53,908 nucleotides of DNA from a virus (taxonomy: Duplodnaviria > Caudoviricetes). The notes below the pieces were generated by a model. The model searched no databases, was not told the origin of the DNA, and saw only the letters and a list, made by a program, of their open reading frames with translations. Within the stretch, counting starts at the first letter, position 1; each line of letters starts with the position of its first letter. The translations under genes and the position numbers were made by a program. Positions 36,087-45,265 of the stretch are shown one piece after another. The stretch is taken from positions 1-53,908 of the IMG/VR virus record IMGVR_UViG_3300025154_000129; one strand, 5' to 3'.

Positions 36087-36155
36087 TCTTGTTTCTCCTT
36101 GATTGTTTTGATTTTTTACTCCCTTCAAGCACCTTGCTTGATTTCGATTGTTATT

Positions 36156-36185
36156 ATTATACTAGCACACTTTTTAAAAAGTGAA
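36156..36185 (-). promoter_or_regulatory. Sigma70-like promoter overlapped by a 16-bp palindrome
   Basis: Minus strand TTCACT-N18-TATAAT; CACTTTTTAAAAAGTG palindrome at 36168-36183. Confidence 0.45.
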
Positions 36186-36217
36186 GCGAAAAAGTTAAAG
36201 GGTTGAGAAAAAAACCT

Positions 36218-36877
36218 CTATTTCAGACCAAGGAGCTTATGTACTTGAATATTCAGATAAAAATCGTTTATGCCTTGCGCTTCTAGCTCTCGGAGTATGT
36301 AGTGATGTCCTATTATAGTATCATCAGGGTTTATTTTGTTGAGAGGGGAGAAAGCAAATTGAGCATGACATAAACGACCATCTTTCAACTGTCTGTATAC
36401 TTCGATAGCTCTTTTCAAGTCAAGCTCAGTTCCTATAACGAACTTTACAAAATCTCTCGGTCGCAATCCATTGAAGTTGAACATATTCATTCTGTCTTCC
36501 ATACCTGAACTAGGTAGCTTATAATCCACAACAAAACTATTTACTCCGTAACCGAAAGCAGCAATTGTTCCGTTAGTCTCAATCGAAACAATCTTTTTCT
36601 CCACATTCAGTTCCCTGGTCAGATCAAATACGTTTTCTTGTAGAAGAGGCTCACCACCTGTTATTGTGACTTTCTTTGTCTTGCACTCCTTTACAATATC
36701 AATAATATTCATTTCAGTTCCTGAAGCAAAACTCTGAGCTTCAGGTGTGTCACAAGCTCTACAACGCAAATTGCACCCTGCCAAACGAATAAATGTTGTG
36801 ATTCTTCCTTGTCCTGTATTGCACACTTCACCTTCTATACTTCTAAAAATCTCTTTCACTTTCAGAGTTTTCATCAT
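36218..36877 (-). CDS. queE: 7-carboxy-7-deazaguanine synthase (radical SAM)
   Basis: EIF.SIEGE, FIRLAGCNLRCRACDT, TGGEPLLQ, IETNG, KFV, Q.HK. Confidence 0.92.
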   Translation of the reverse strand: MMKTLKVKEIFRSIEGEVCNTGQGRITTFIRLAGCNLRCRACDTPEAQSFASGTEMNIIDIVKECKTKKVTITGGEPLLQENVFDLTRELNVEKKIVSIETNGTIAAFGYGVNSFVVDYKLPSSGMEDRMNMFNFNGLRPRDFVKFVIGTELDLKRAIEVYRQLKDGRLCHAQFAFSPLNKINPDDTIIGHHYILRELEAQGINDFYLNIQVHKLLGLK

Positions 36878-37235
36878 CCCCTCTTTTTGTTCTCTCTCTG
36901 TTCGCTGTTTCTAGTTTGAACTTCAATTTCTTCCTCATCTCTTCGTTAAAAATAACTTTCCTTAAAGCCTCTTCATCAGCACTTAGTATCTGACAACACC
37001 AAACAAAAGAACCAGGTCTATTACTATTCGATTCAAACCATTTGAAAGCTGACTGTCTATCTGTTTCAATCTCTTGTTTTTTTGCTGTAGTAGATACTTT
37101 ATCCAAATCTGTTATTGCAGACAAAATCATCTCTCTGAATAGATCCTTATTAGCTTCTTTATCATACACTTTTCTACCTTTCTTTTGTCCATTCTGTATA
37201 TGAGGTTGAAGTTTCCCAGAACCTGATTCTCTCAA
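36843..37235 (-). CDS. Hypothetical protein (true start probably downstream)
   Basis: LF..MI..AI.D, A.KWF, GSFVWCC..L pattern seen in small phage proteins. Confidence 0.55.
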   Translation of the reverse strand: MRESGSGKLQPHIQNGQKKGRKVYDKEANKDLFREMILSAITDLDKVSTTAKKQEIETDRQSAFKWFESNSNRPGSFVWCCQILSADEEALRKVIFNEEMRKKLKFKLETANRERTKRGDDENSESERDF

Positions 37236-37545
37236 GAACTATTTCAGAATTTTCCAATGTAGTATTGAGTTTATCTGCTATCCATGTAACCACGTTCTCT
37301 GAAGTGGGGTTATCAAAAAGCGTATTGAGGTCTTTATGATCCAAATGCTTTACGATATCAACATCAACCATATCCTTCAGCTTTTTGAAATCGCAGATGA
37401 AACCTGTTTCAGGATCTACTCCGTATCTATTTGATACAGTTATTTCTATAATAGCGTTATGTCCATGAGGATTTTTGCAATCACCTTCGTACTTAGGAAG
37501 ATGATGAGCATAAGAAATTTCAAACAATTTCGTAACGGTTTTCAT
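37174..37545 (-). CDS. queD: 6-carboxytetrahydropterin synthase
   Basis: AHHLP.Y.G.C.NPHGH, DF..LK, LDH..LN, PTSEN, WET. Confidence 0.92.
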   Translation of the reverse strand: MKTVTKLFEISYAHHLPKYEGDCKNPHGHNAIIEITVSNRYGVDPETGFICDFKKLKDMVDVDIVKHLDHKDLNTLFDNPTSENVVTWIADKLNTTLENSEIVLERIRFWETSTSYTEWTKER

Positions 37546-37922
37546 AAGTAAGATCTCCTATAAGCGTAAAAATCATCAATTTGTCTGCCTTCTTCTACCT
37601 TGACTGCATCTTCATCATCATGATGAGTGGAAACTTCAAGCAAGATAGAACTCACCATAGAACTGAAACGATGCTTTGTATGAGGAGGAACAATAACAGA
37701 TTGGCCCTCTTTCATCAGTGTTCGTGTACTTTCAATCTCAATCCTAACAATTCCTTTCAAAATGTAGAAAGTTTCATGTTTGACGGGGTGATAATGAAGA
37801 CTGCATTGAAACCCCGGTTTGATATGAAGTAACTTACCACAATACATTTCATTATTCACTATGATTTCTTCACGTCCCCACAGCTTTTCTACTTTCTTGA
37901 TTTTGTTGTTAAAATGCATCAT
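37542..37922 (-). CDS. Cupin, sugar isomerase-like
   Basis: VEKLWG.E, YCGK, CSLHYH..KHETFY, HRF, EVST. Confidence 0.8.
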   Translation of the reverse strand: MMHFNNKIKKVEKLWGREEIIVNNEMYCGKLLHIKPGFQCSLHYHPVKHETFYILKGIVRIEIESTRTLMKEGQSVIVPPHTKHRFSSMVSSILLEVSTHHDDEDAVKVEEGRQIDDFYAYRRSYL

Positions 37923-38077
37923 CGCCCCCTTCGCGTCTGAGAGTGCTCTCCTTCGATTTTAGTTTCAGATCGTAGTTGTAGTCGTTTTGAGTAAGAAGAT
38001 TGAAGGAAAATACAAGGAAATCGTTTCCTTGACTATGTTAGAATCAACTGAGAGACTAGATTAGAACAGAATCTTTT

Positions 38078-39604
38078 TCATCTTGAAGATCCTCTCTTTA
38101 TGATTGAATCCAAATATGCTTGCCCAACATCTAAATTCCTAAGAATCAGTAACTCATCATCCTCGAACATCTTCTTATGTCGATGCTCAAGTAATCCGAT
38201 CTTCGTTACATTCATCCTGTTTGCTTGGGTTGTTGTATTGATCGCCATTGCAACATCAACATGACCTAATATTTGCCTAGCTCTGCCTATGTTACTTGAC
38301 TTGATTTGTGCTGCCCCAAGTGCTTCAGTTGTAACTTGAGAGGGTGCAAACAATAGATATCCTTTCTCTGAAGCTCTACCTACAATTCTCATCCAAATGT
38401 TGTTGATGCTTTCCCAATCAGATTTGAACCTATCATCAGATCTAGTGATTTCAGGTTGATCCCATATGACAGCTTTAGGAACAAAGCCGTGTATATGCTC
38501 CAACATATCAAGATCTCTGAATACATCGTTGACTGAGGCTCCGAATCTAGGGTAACACAGGACTCTGAGATAGTCATTGCCATAGTATTTGGAATAATCA
38601 TCAATTTTTTGATAGACATTATCATAGGTGTACTTAGGTCTCTCAACTGCTTCAAACCAGATTGCTTGCTGATACAATTCAGGATCGTTATTTCTGCACC
38701 AAGAACAAACTCGATAAGGGCTGTCTTGAGTAAATTCAGGATTGGGGTTTTCTTCAGTCTTGAGTTGAACCCTGTTCTCTCTCTCGTTCCTATTGCATTC
38801 ACCTGTTTGATTCATTTCACAATCGAAACGAGGGTAGATGTAAATATTTGATGCTTCCTCTCCGTATGCTGTTATCCTTTTATAAATCCTTTCGTTTATG
38901 TCAGGACGTAACATTTCGAGACTTACATAAACAGTTGGTATTTTGCTAGAAGATGTTAAAAATGCAGTCTCCAAACAGTAGGAGCTTTTATAGCCTTTGT
39001 ATTTTCCCGCAATCAGCACAGTCCAACCTTGTCTGAGAGGACCGACAAAATCACCAAATGCTCCAGGAAATCTAAAGAAGTCCGATTCTTTGGCAGCGAA
39101 GGATTCTGCAATAAATCGTTGTTCAAAAGGATTATAGCAGTTTGAAGTGGCTTTGCTTATTTTCTTTAACCCTAGCATCTCCGCTTCAGCATCTTCGGTT
39201 TTATCTTTCTCTACAAGAGCAAGAGCATTTCTTGCTCGGATCTCAATCTCTCGTTTTTTGTAGTATCTTAGCGTCTGCTGTACGTGGTAATCTGTATTGA
39301 AGCTCTCTAGTGCTTCAAATTCTCTTGACAGAGTGGAGAGAAATGAAGCGATTAGAGTAGCTTCATTAGGATCAAGACGTTCTCTTTCTGCTTCGTAGAT
39401 GGATTCAATGTTCTTTAGCGGAGCTTGATTGTAAATGTTGTAATATTCAAGTATCCACTGTGACACTCGTTTGACGAAGGAACTTCTGAAATAATCAGAA
39501 TCGTAGGAAGGTATGATGTTTTTAAGAAAGTCTGAGGATACGATCATCCCCGTTAGAATTTGCTTTTCTACAGAGGAATCTATTGTGTATCTGGTAAGTT
39601 CCAC
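38078..39604 (-). CDS. DnaB-like replicative helicase with Cys-rich insertion
   Basis: Walker A variant AGKYKGYKS, YVSLEM, WD, SQ, HVD, R; insert DC.MNQTGEC..CSWCR. Confidence 0.75.
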   Translation of the reverse strand: MELTRYTIDSSVEKQILTGMIVSSDFLKNIIPSYDSDYFRSSFVKRVSQWILEYYNIYNQAPLKNIESIYEAERERLDPNEATLIASFLSTLSREFEALESFNTDYHVQQTLRYYKKREIEIRARNALALVEKDKTEDAEAEMLGLKKISKATSNCYNPFEQRFIAESFAAKESDFFRFPGAFGDFVGPLRQGWTVLIAGKYKGYKSSYCLETAFLTSSSKIPTVYVSLEMLRPDINERIYKRITAYGEEASNIYIYPRFDCEMNQTGECNRNERENRVQLKTEENPNPEFTQDSPYRVCSWCRNNDPELYQQAIWFEAVERPKYTYDNVYQKIDDYSKYYGNDYLRVLCYPRFGASVNDVFRDLDMLEHIHGFVPKAVIWDQPEITRSDDRFKSDWESINNIWMRIVGRASEKGYLLFAPSQVTTEALGAAQIKSSNIGRARQILGHVDVAMAINTTTQANRMNVTKIGLLEHRHKKMFEDDELLILRNLDVGQAYLDSIIKRGSSR

Positions 39605-39612
39605 ACATCCTC

Positions 39613-41073
39613 CTATAATTTGTAACTTATTTTTTCTTTCAAATAGCCATTCTGTTTAAGATACCGAGCAAGCTCAAGGATCATCTTATCAGAGGATAAA
39701 TAGTACGCTTTCATTTGAGATATATCTTTGGTGTTCTGTAGTACCATATCCCAAAAACGAGAAGCTAGGGTTGTAGGAGTCCACTTTAAGCCCACATCAC
39801 CTATTAACAGAGTTTTGTTATCTTCGTAAAACTTATGGATTTTATCAGAGGTGGAAATGAAAGCGTTGATGCTATCGACTGGGAGTTTGACGTTCACACC
39901 ATTGCCTAACACATGCTTCTTGAATCCATCTTGTATTATGTTTGTTACAGAAGGGTGAAGATCTAATCTAGGTTTTCGGATATACTCAGGTTCATTATGA
40001 AGGTAATGCAGAAAGTTCGATTTTCCATGTCGAGCTTGACTGAATGGATCATACAGGAATTTATTGATTGTCATTGATGATATCTTTGTTTTATCTACAG
40101 GATAAACATCGGTATCAGTCAAAGCAGAGTGGAAGTTATCGACTGCTGTTTTCCATTCATTAAAAGTATAACATCTAACATGACCATTATCATATAAACC
40201 TTTGAATATCTTGCCTAATTCAAACTTCCTCAAACTCGCTATACATTCAGCGTAAGATTTTGTGTTTTCTCTAGGAACATGTAGTCCTAATGATTTCCAA
40301 TAATCAAACAGAGGTCGTATTCTTTCAGGTATTACAGGAGTGTCTTTTTTCTTATCTTTTTCTGCTGATTGCTGAGAAACAGCACTAGCAGAGTTCCTCT
40401 TTCTTTTTACTATCTTTATTTCAGAAAAGTCATCGGGGGACGACGCGCCGACAGGGGATGAATTTGAAAAGCTTTTTTCTTTTTCTTGCGTAGCTTCAGC
40501 GGAGCGAGAAAAAGTTTCTTCTTTTTCTTTAGAAAAAGAAGTTTTCTTTCTTGATATTATTTTAATTAGTATTCTTAGTGTCATGGGAGCTGATTTTAGC
40601 TCCCCTGTGTTTAGCTTTTCTAAAAGTAGTCCCTCGTTCTTTAGCTCTTGTTCAAGTTCCTCTTTAGAAGCTAAAGCTTTTAGCCTAGGGGGAAGATCAA
40701 CAATATACCCCTGTTTGTCTAGTTCTTGTATCTGCCCTGTCATAAAATCGAAATTAAAAGGAGAGGCAGAGTAGGCCATGAAACCCTGTCTGACTTTGTT
40801 TTTTTCTTTGTCTCGTATCACTAAAGGGATAAAGTAACCGTGTGCCATGAGTTCTTCTATTGCAGATTGAATCGCTGTTGTTCCTTCAGGACTCTCTTCT
40901 TTCAGTTTTGTTATGTATGTGTGCCAGATCTCATTTTTGTTGCTTAATAGCCTACATAAGACTCCTCTAGCTCTGTAGGAAAGATTTTTGTCTCTTAACA
41001 GATCATTGGGTATTTGGGTGTAGTTTTCTTTGGGGGAGCAGTTTATTAGATCAGGAAACGGAAGACTTGTCAT
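39613..41073 (-). CDS. Replication initiator-like protein with N-terminal winged HTH
   Basis: NYTQIPNDLLRDKNLSYRARG.L..LLS, I.EL...GY; start MTSLP after GAGGAG; upstream of the helicase. Confidence 0.65.
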   Translation of the reverse strand: MTSLPFPDLINCSPKENYTQIPNDLLRDKNLSYRARGVLCRLLSNKNEIWHTYITKLKEESPEGTTAIQSAIEELMAHGYFIPLVIRDKEKNKVRQGFMAYSASPFNFDFMTGQIQELDKQGYIVDLPPRLKALASKEELEQELKNEGLLLEKLNTGELKSAPMTLRILIKIISRKKTSFSKEKEETFSRSAEATQEKEKSFSNSSPVGASSPDDFSEIKIVKRKRNSASAVSQQSAEKDKKKDTPVIPERIRPLFDYWKSLGLHVPRENTKSYAECIASLRKFELGKIFKGLYDNGHVRCYTFNEWKTAVDNFHSALTDTDVYPVDKTKISSMTINKFLYDPFSQARHGKSNFLHYLHNEPEYIRKPRLDLHPSVTNIIQDGFKKHVLGNGVNVKLPVDSINAFISTSDKIHKFYEDNKTLLIGDVGLKWTPTTLASRFWDMVLQNTKDISQMKAYYLSSDKMILELARYLKQNGYLKEKISYKL

Positions 41074-41803
41074 TCTTACTCTCCTCTGCGTGAATCTTAC
41101 TGTGGCATGTAAAACAAACACAAACCAGATCGTCCATATGCTCTAGTTCTTTTCCTAGTATTTTGTAGGTTGTGTGGTGTGTATTCAGATTTGTGTTTTC
41201 ACCGCAGAGTGAACATCTGAAGTTGGACCTTCTTTTTACTTCATAGGAAATTGCTTTCCAATATGGGGTTTGTAAAAAATCTTGATACCCCATTGATTTT
41301 ATTGTCTTTAGTGCGCGATAGGAAAAATCTTTGTTATAAAGTAGGAGATTTCTTACCAATTGAAATCTTTCTCTTTTTTTGACATGATCTCGCCAATAAC
41401 TTAAGGGATCTAAGATAGTGGTAAGAGTTTCCTCTTTATCCCTGCGTTCGTCTTCTTCTCTTTTTTCTTGCTTTTTGCGTCTGTTTTCTTTTCTATCCTC
41501 TTCGCATTCTTTACACAACCAGATACTTTTATTTATAGAGGAAATGTAATTAAGTATTTCTGTTTTGGTTGCATCTTTGGGATATAATAGGTTACAATCA
41601 GCACAGAAAAACTCTATAGTGGAATGAATATCTCCTCTAGTTTGTTTGGTTGTTTTTTCAAATAGGAGTTTTTCTTTGCTTTTGAATTGGGATAAAAACT
41701 GAACGTCCTCAAATGATAAGTATGACCCTCTAGGTATTACAGGATCTGTTATAAATTGCATAAAATAAGAAACAGCATCCCTATCGAGGGTTGATTCTTT
41801 CAT
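41051..41803 (-). CDS. HNH endonuclease
   Basis: YQDFLQTPYWK, RCSLCG, L.THH.TY, E...DL.CVC..CH..IH. Confidence 0.8.
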   Translation of the reverse strand: MKESTLDRDAVSYFMQFITDPVIPRGSYLSFEDVQFLSQFKSKEKLLFEKTTKQTRGDIHSTIEFFCADCNLLYPKDATKTEILNYISSINKSIWLCKECEEDRKENRRKKQEKREEDERRDKEETLTTILDPLSYWRDHVKKRERFQLVRNLLLYNKDFSYRALKTIKSMGYQDFLQTPYWKAISYEVKRRSNFRCSLCGENTNLNTHHTTYKILGKELEHMDDLVCVCFTCHSKIHAEESKNDKSSVS

Positions 41804-41820
41804 TTTGGCAGACTTTCTTA

Positions 41821-42168
41821 TTACATTGCTTTTGAGGGTTTTGCTTCTTCGTATTCACTGAAGAATATTGATTCGGCTTGTTCTCTTTCTACCTTTGAAT
41901 TAAAGACAAGGTAAACAGAACCTGCGAAGCCTTTCTTAGCTCTGAAGCGGAATAGATGAACGTAGTTTTTCATTAAAAGTTCAGACCAGCCAGATCTTAC
42001 ACTCGATTCCCCATCGTCGCTTTCTTTTGTTAGGAATACTAGCTTGTCTCGATCTTGAGTTCCTGTTTTCATGAAAAAAGATAGCAGACCTTTAGCTTTT
42101 AAGCTCAGTTGCTTGTCAAACAAGAACTCATCAGAAGGTTGTTCAAATTTGTGTACGACAAATTTCAC
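41821..42168 (-). CDS. Stand-alone winged-HTH protein, paralog of the initiator N-domain
   Basis: DKQLSLKAKGLL, SDDGESSVRSG..EL...NY; GTG start after AAGGAG. Confidence 0.6.
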   Translation of the reverse strand: MKFVVHKFEQPSDEFLFDKQLSLKAKGLLSFFMKTGTQDRDKLVFLTKESDDGESSVRSGWSELLMKNYVHLFRFRAKKGFAGSVYLVFNSKVEREQAESIFFSEYEEAKPSKAM

Positions 42169-42302
42169 TATTCGCTCCTTATTATTTGTTTGTTTGTACA
42201 AATGTGAAACTATAATGAACATAAGATGATACGAACTGTCAAGCAAAAATATGTTAGAGAAAAAGATAGCACATCCTCTAACATATTTTTGCTTGATTCG
42301 TC

Positions 42303-42545
42303 CTACTTCTCGCCTAATTTCCACCCATGTTTCTTTTCCATACATCTTGTGATTTCATAAGTTGCTCTAAGGTTGCTTGTGTAAGGGCCTTTCGTCACAG
42401 CTTCTTTTTCACAGTCATACATATCCTTTTCAAATCGAGCCAATTTAGCTGAAGGACTTTCTACAGGTTGATAATTAAGGTAGAAATACAGTCCCCCTCC
42501 CACGATCCCTGTTCCAAATATAAAACCTATGATTAGTTTTTTCAT
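42303..42545 (-). CDS. Small membrane-anchored protein
   Basis: N-terminal TM; F.KD.YDC...CM..HGW. Confidence 0.6.
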   Translation of the reverse strand: MKKLIIGFIFGTGIVGGGLYFYLNYQPVESPSAKLARFEKDMYDCEKEAVTKGPYTSNLRATYEITRCMEKKHGWKLGEK

Positions 42546-42556
42546 TGTGCTATTTC

Positions 42557-43636
42557 CTAATATTCAAATGGTAGATCTTCACATTGAAAACCTGCTGCGC
42601 CTTTGTGACCACCACCGCCGAAGGACTTGGCGATAGCGCCGCAGTCGATGTCGGCTTTGGTGGAGTAGAGCGAGACGTTCCACTTTTTGTCAGAGCGTCG
42701 GCAGAAGGTGATCATGAGGTCGTAGGGTTCGATGTGGCCAAGACCATTACATCGAGGACAAACTCCTACATCAAGATCAATATGTGGTAAGTAATCGCAG
42801 TCCTTCCTCCGCACCGAATCAAACACCTTCGAGTTGGACATGCCAATGTTGAGGGCGATGGCTTTGTAGGTTACATACTTATTATCTGGAAATGTAGCTT
42901 GTTGTCTATAGCAAGCTTCTAAATGGGTTTTGGGGGGATTAGTGAGATAATTAATCCTTGTTTCAAACCCATACATCTGCACATATCGGCGCTTTTGTTC
43001 GTCATCGTAGCGGAGGAGGAGTTTGCCTTCTTGTACAAATCGCTCCAAAAGAGTATTCCCGCCAACAAGAACACAACCATGATCGTGAAGAAACCACTGC
43101 TCCCAATTCGCCATAGCGTGGTCGCTGTGAGGATTGTATGGATTCATATCCTCCATCCTCATCCGCATCTGGAATGGTAGAACCATCGGCTCAAGCTTGT
43201 GGCCCTGGTAGGTCCAGGAATCGTAAAGGGAGAGGAGTTTGACAGCGAGAGGAACGGGTCTGTCAGGAAAGAGATATTCCCAAGTGAGTTCACAGGCAGC
43301 TTTGGAAGTATCTCGTTTCCCTAGGATAAGATATCCGTTCCCCGTTAATTTAATAGTAAGTCGTAAATCTCCACTATGTTCATTAATAGCACTTGAATGG
43401 TGATCTATCCATATTAGATCTCCGCCTACGAATTGATGTAGTTTTATCATTTCGTTGAAAGGTTGGAGGCAGAAATCTGTCATAAATACTTTATCATCAT
43501 GCTTGATTTCATCCCAAGGAAACTCATCCCCATAGTTAATTGGGTGCATTACAACACCCGGAAAGCAGAACTTGACGATGGCGCCGGAACAGTGCCCGTC
43601 GAGGTCACACCCGTGGTAAAAACAATGAATAGCCAT
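42557..43636 (-). CDS. DHH/DHHA1 phosphoesterase
   Basis: YH..DLDG, DF, WIDHH, D.W, SLYS, GGGGHKGAAGF. Confidence 0.9.
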   Translation of the reverse strand: MAIHCFYHGCDLDGHCSGAIVKFCFPGVVMHPINYGDEFPWDEIKHDDKVFMTDFCLQPFNEMIKLHQFVGGDLIWIDHHSSAINEHSGDLRLTIKLTGNGYLILGKRDTSKAACELTWEYLFPDRPVPLAVKLLSLYDSWTYQGHKLEPMVLPFQMRMRMEDMNPYNPHSDHAMANWEQWFLHDHGCVLVGGNTLLERFVQEGKLLLRYDDEQKRRYVQMYGFETRINYLTNPPKTHLEACYRQQATFPDNKYVTYKAIALNIGMSNSKVFDSVRRKDCDYLPHIDLDVGVCPRCNGLGHIEPYDLMITFCRRSDKKWNVSLYSTKADIDCGAIAKSFGGGGHKGAAGFQCEDLPFEY

Positions 43637-43848
43637 TTTTATTCTCCTTTTCTTTTTCACATCAGATCTGTTTCAGATACTTTTAGGTCAACACCTTCTA
43701 TGAGATAGACCTTATCCCTTGTTTCTCCTATTCAGTAAATTTCTGCTTTCATCATTGTAGGTTTATTAAAGGGCTCGATAAATCCAATCGTAAATCCTAT
43801 CCAGATAATTAACAGCAAAAACGTCAGGATAAAATCTTTTTTGTTCAT

Positions 43849-44067
43849 TTATTCCCCCTTCTGCAAGCTCCCTCTTGCTACGAGTTGTGTTGAAAAAGTT
43901 TCTTTCCCTGTCAATGCATCTCTTTTATTGACTTTTATCCACAGCAATTCAGGGGAAGATATAGACTCAATCAATCCCTCTGTTACTTTCTTGTCCATCT
44001 TGTGGAGAATTCTTACTCTTTGTCCTACTCTTAATCCGCTTTCGTTTGATGAAAATGCTTCTCGCAT
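43849..44067 (-). CDS. Hypothetical protein
   Basis: 72-aa ORF, LRVGQRVRI. Confidence 0.5.
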   Translation of the reverse strand: MREAFSSNESGLRVGQRVRILHKMDKKVTEGLIESISSPELLWIKVNKRDALTGKETFSTQLVARGSLQKGE

Positions 44068-44314
44068 CGTTCTTCCCTGTAGTTATAGAGTTTATGTTGA
44101 TGAGTAGAGGGGCACTTTTGCTCCCTATTCGTGCCCCATCAACTCTACCATTTCTGAACATTGTATATATGCCCATTCTTGACATTTTTATTACTTTGCT
44201 TGCTTGTACTACAGTTAGCCATATTCCCTCAGGCAACTCATCCTTTGATTTTACTATCAAAGGATCCTTGAGTGCTTCTATTCTTTTGCTGCTGGGTGAT
44301 AGATAGGACATCAC
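43967..44314 (-). CDS. Excisionase-like HTH protein
   Basis: WLTVVQASKVIKMSRMGIYTMFRNGRVDGARIG. Confidence 0.65.
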   Translation of the reverse strand: MMSYLSPSSKRIEALKDPLIVKSKDELPEGIWLTVVQASKVIKMSRMGIYTMFRNGRVDGARIGSKSAPLLININSITTGKNDARSIFIKRKRIKSRTKSKNSPQDGQESNRGID

Positions 44315-44332
44315 TTTACTCCACTAGATTTA

Positions 44333-45265
44333 TTATCTCCCAAATACTTCTTTTCTAATCCATCTGACATCAGAATCAGATAGATCATCTGGATCACCTT
44401 GTTTTAGTTGGAGAACTTCAACTTTATTCTTTGGCATAAAGACTGCTAGATCCCAAGCTAATTTATCAGCTTGTTCTTCTGCCCCTGCGTCGTACATCAC
44501 AAAAGCTCTTTTTAGTTTCCAGATAAGAATTCTTATTTGGGCTTTTGTGTATTCAACTCCAAATGTAGCAATAGCTCCATCTCCTATTCTCCATTGATCG
44601 AGAATGCCTTCAACTACAATTCCTACATCTCCGCAAGAATCAATTCCGTAAATACATTCCTTGCTGAATAAGATTGACTTTTCATGTGAGGCTGCTTTAT
44701 ACCTCTCATTCAACTTCTTTGTTGTGTCTATCCCTACATACGTCATGATCTTGTGTTCCATGTAAACAGGAACGATAATCCTATACTTGTGATCCCCGTA
44801 TTGGGGACAAGCATAGAGGTCGTACTTAGGAACAACAATGTCAGGATCATAACGTCTGCTGTAAAGATAGTTCATGTGAACAGGCAAGAATACTTTACGG
44901 GCATCAGAAGGCAGAATGTGATCGCTCTCTGTTTTCCTTTGAAACTTATCTTCGGTCCTCAAGTGAATTAGAGTTCGATCTTTGTACTTCTCAAGTATAG
45001 CATTGATAGCTGACCAAGAGCACTTCTCCTTTTCTTTGATTAAATGAGTGATGTTTCCTTTCTTTCCACATCTCCAACAGTGAATGTAATTTCTTGTGAA
45101 TCTTGGATTTGATAGGTTAATTCCAAGATGAAATGCGGGGTCGTTGTCACAGAAAGGACAACAAACCCCTATCCAACCAGAACCTACATCTTGCCCTGTA
45201 GTCTGATAAGATATTCCTCTTGACGTGAGCCAAGATTGAGTATCAAAGATTTCAGATAGATCCAT
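44333..45265 (-). CDS. DNA primase (zinc finger + TOPRIM)
   Basis: CPFC..HLG..CWRCG..G, YL..R, RIIVP, VVEGILD, G, YD, DPD. Confidence 0.88.
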   Translation of the reverse strand: MDLSEIFDTQSWLTSRGISYQTTGQDVGSGWIGVCCPFCDNDPAFHLGINLSNPRFTRNYIHCWRCGKKGNITHLIKEKEKCSWSAINAILEKYKDRTLIHLRTEDKFQRKTESDHILPSDARKVFLPVHMNYLYSRRYDPDIVVPKYDLYACPQYGDHKYRIIVPVYMEHKIMTYVGIDTTKKLNERYKAASHEKSILFSKECIYGIDSCGDVGIVVEGILDQWRIGDGAIATFGVEYTKAQIRILIWKLKRAFVMYDAGAEEQADKLAWDLAVFMPKNKVEVLQLKQGDPDDLSDSDVRWIRKEVFGR

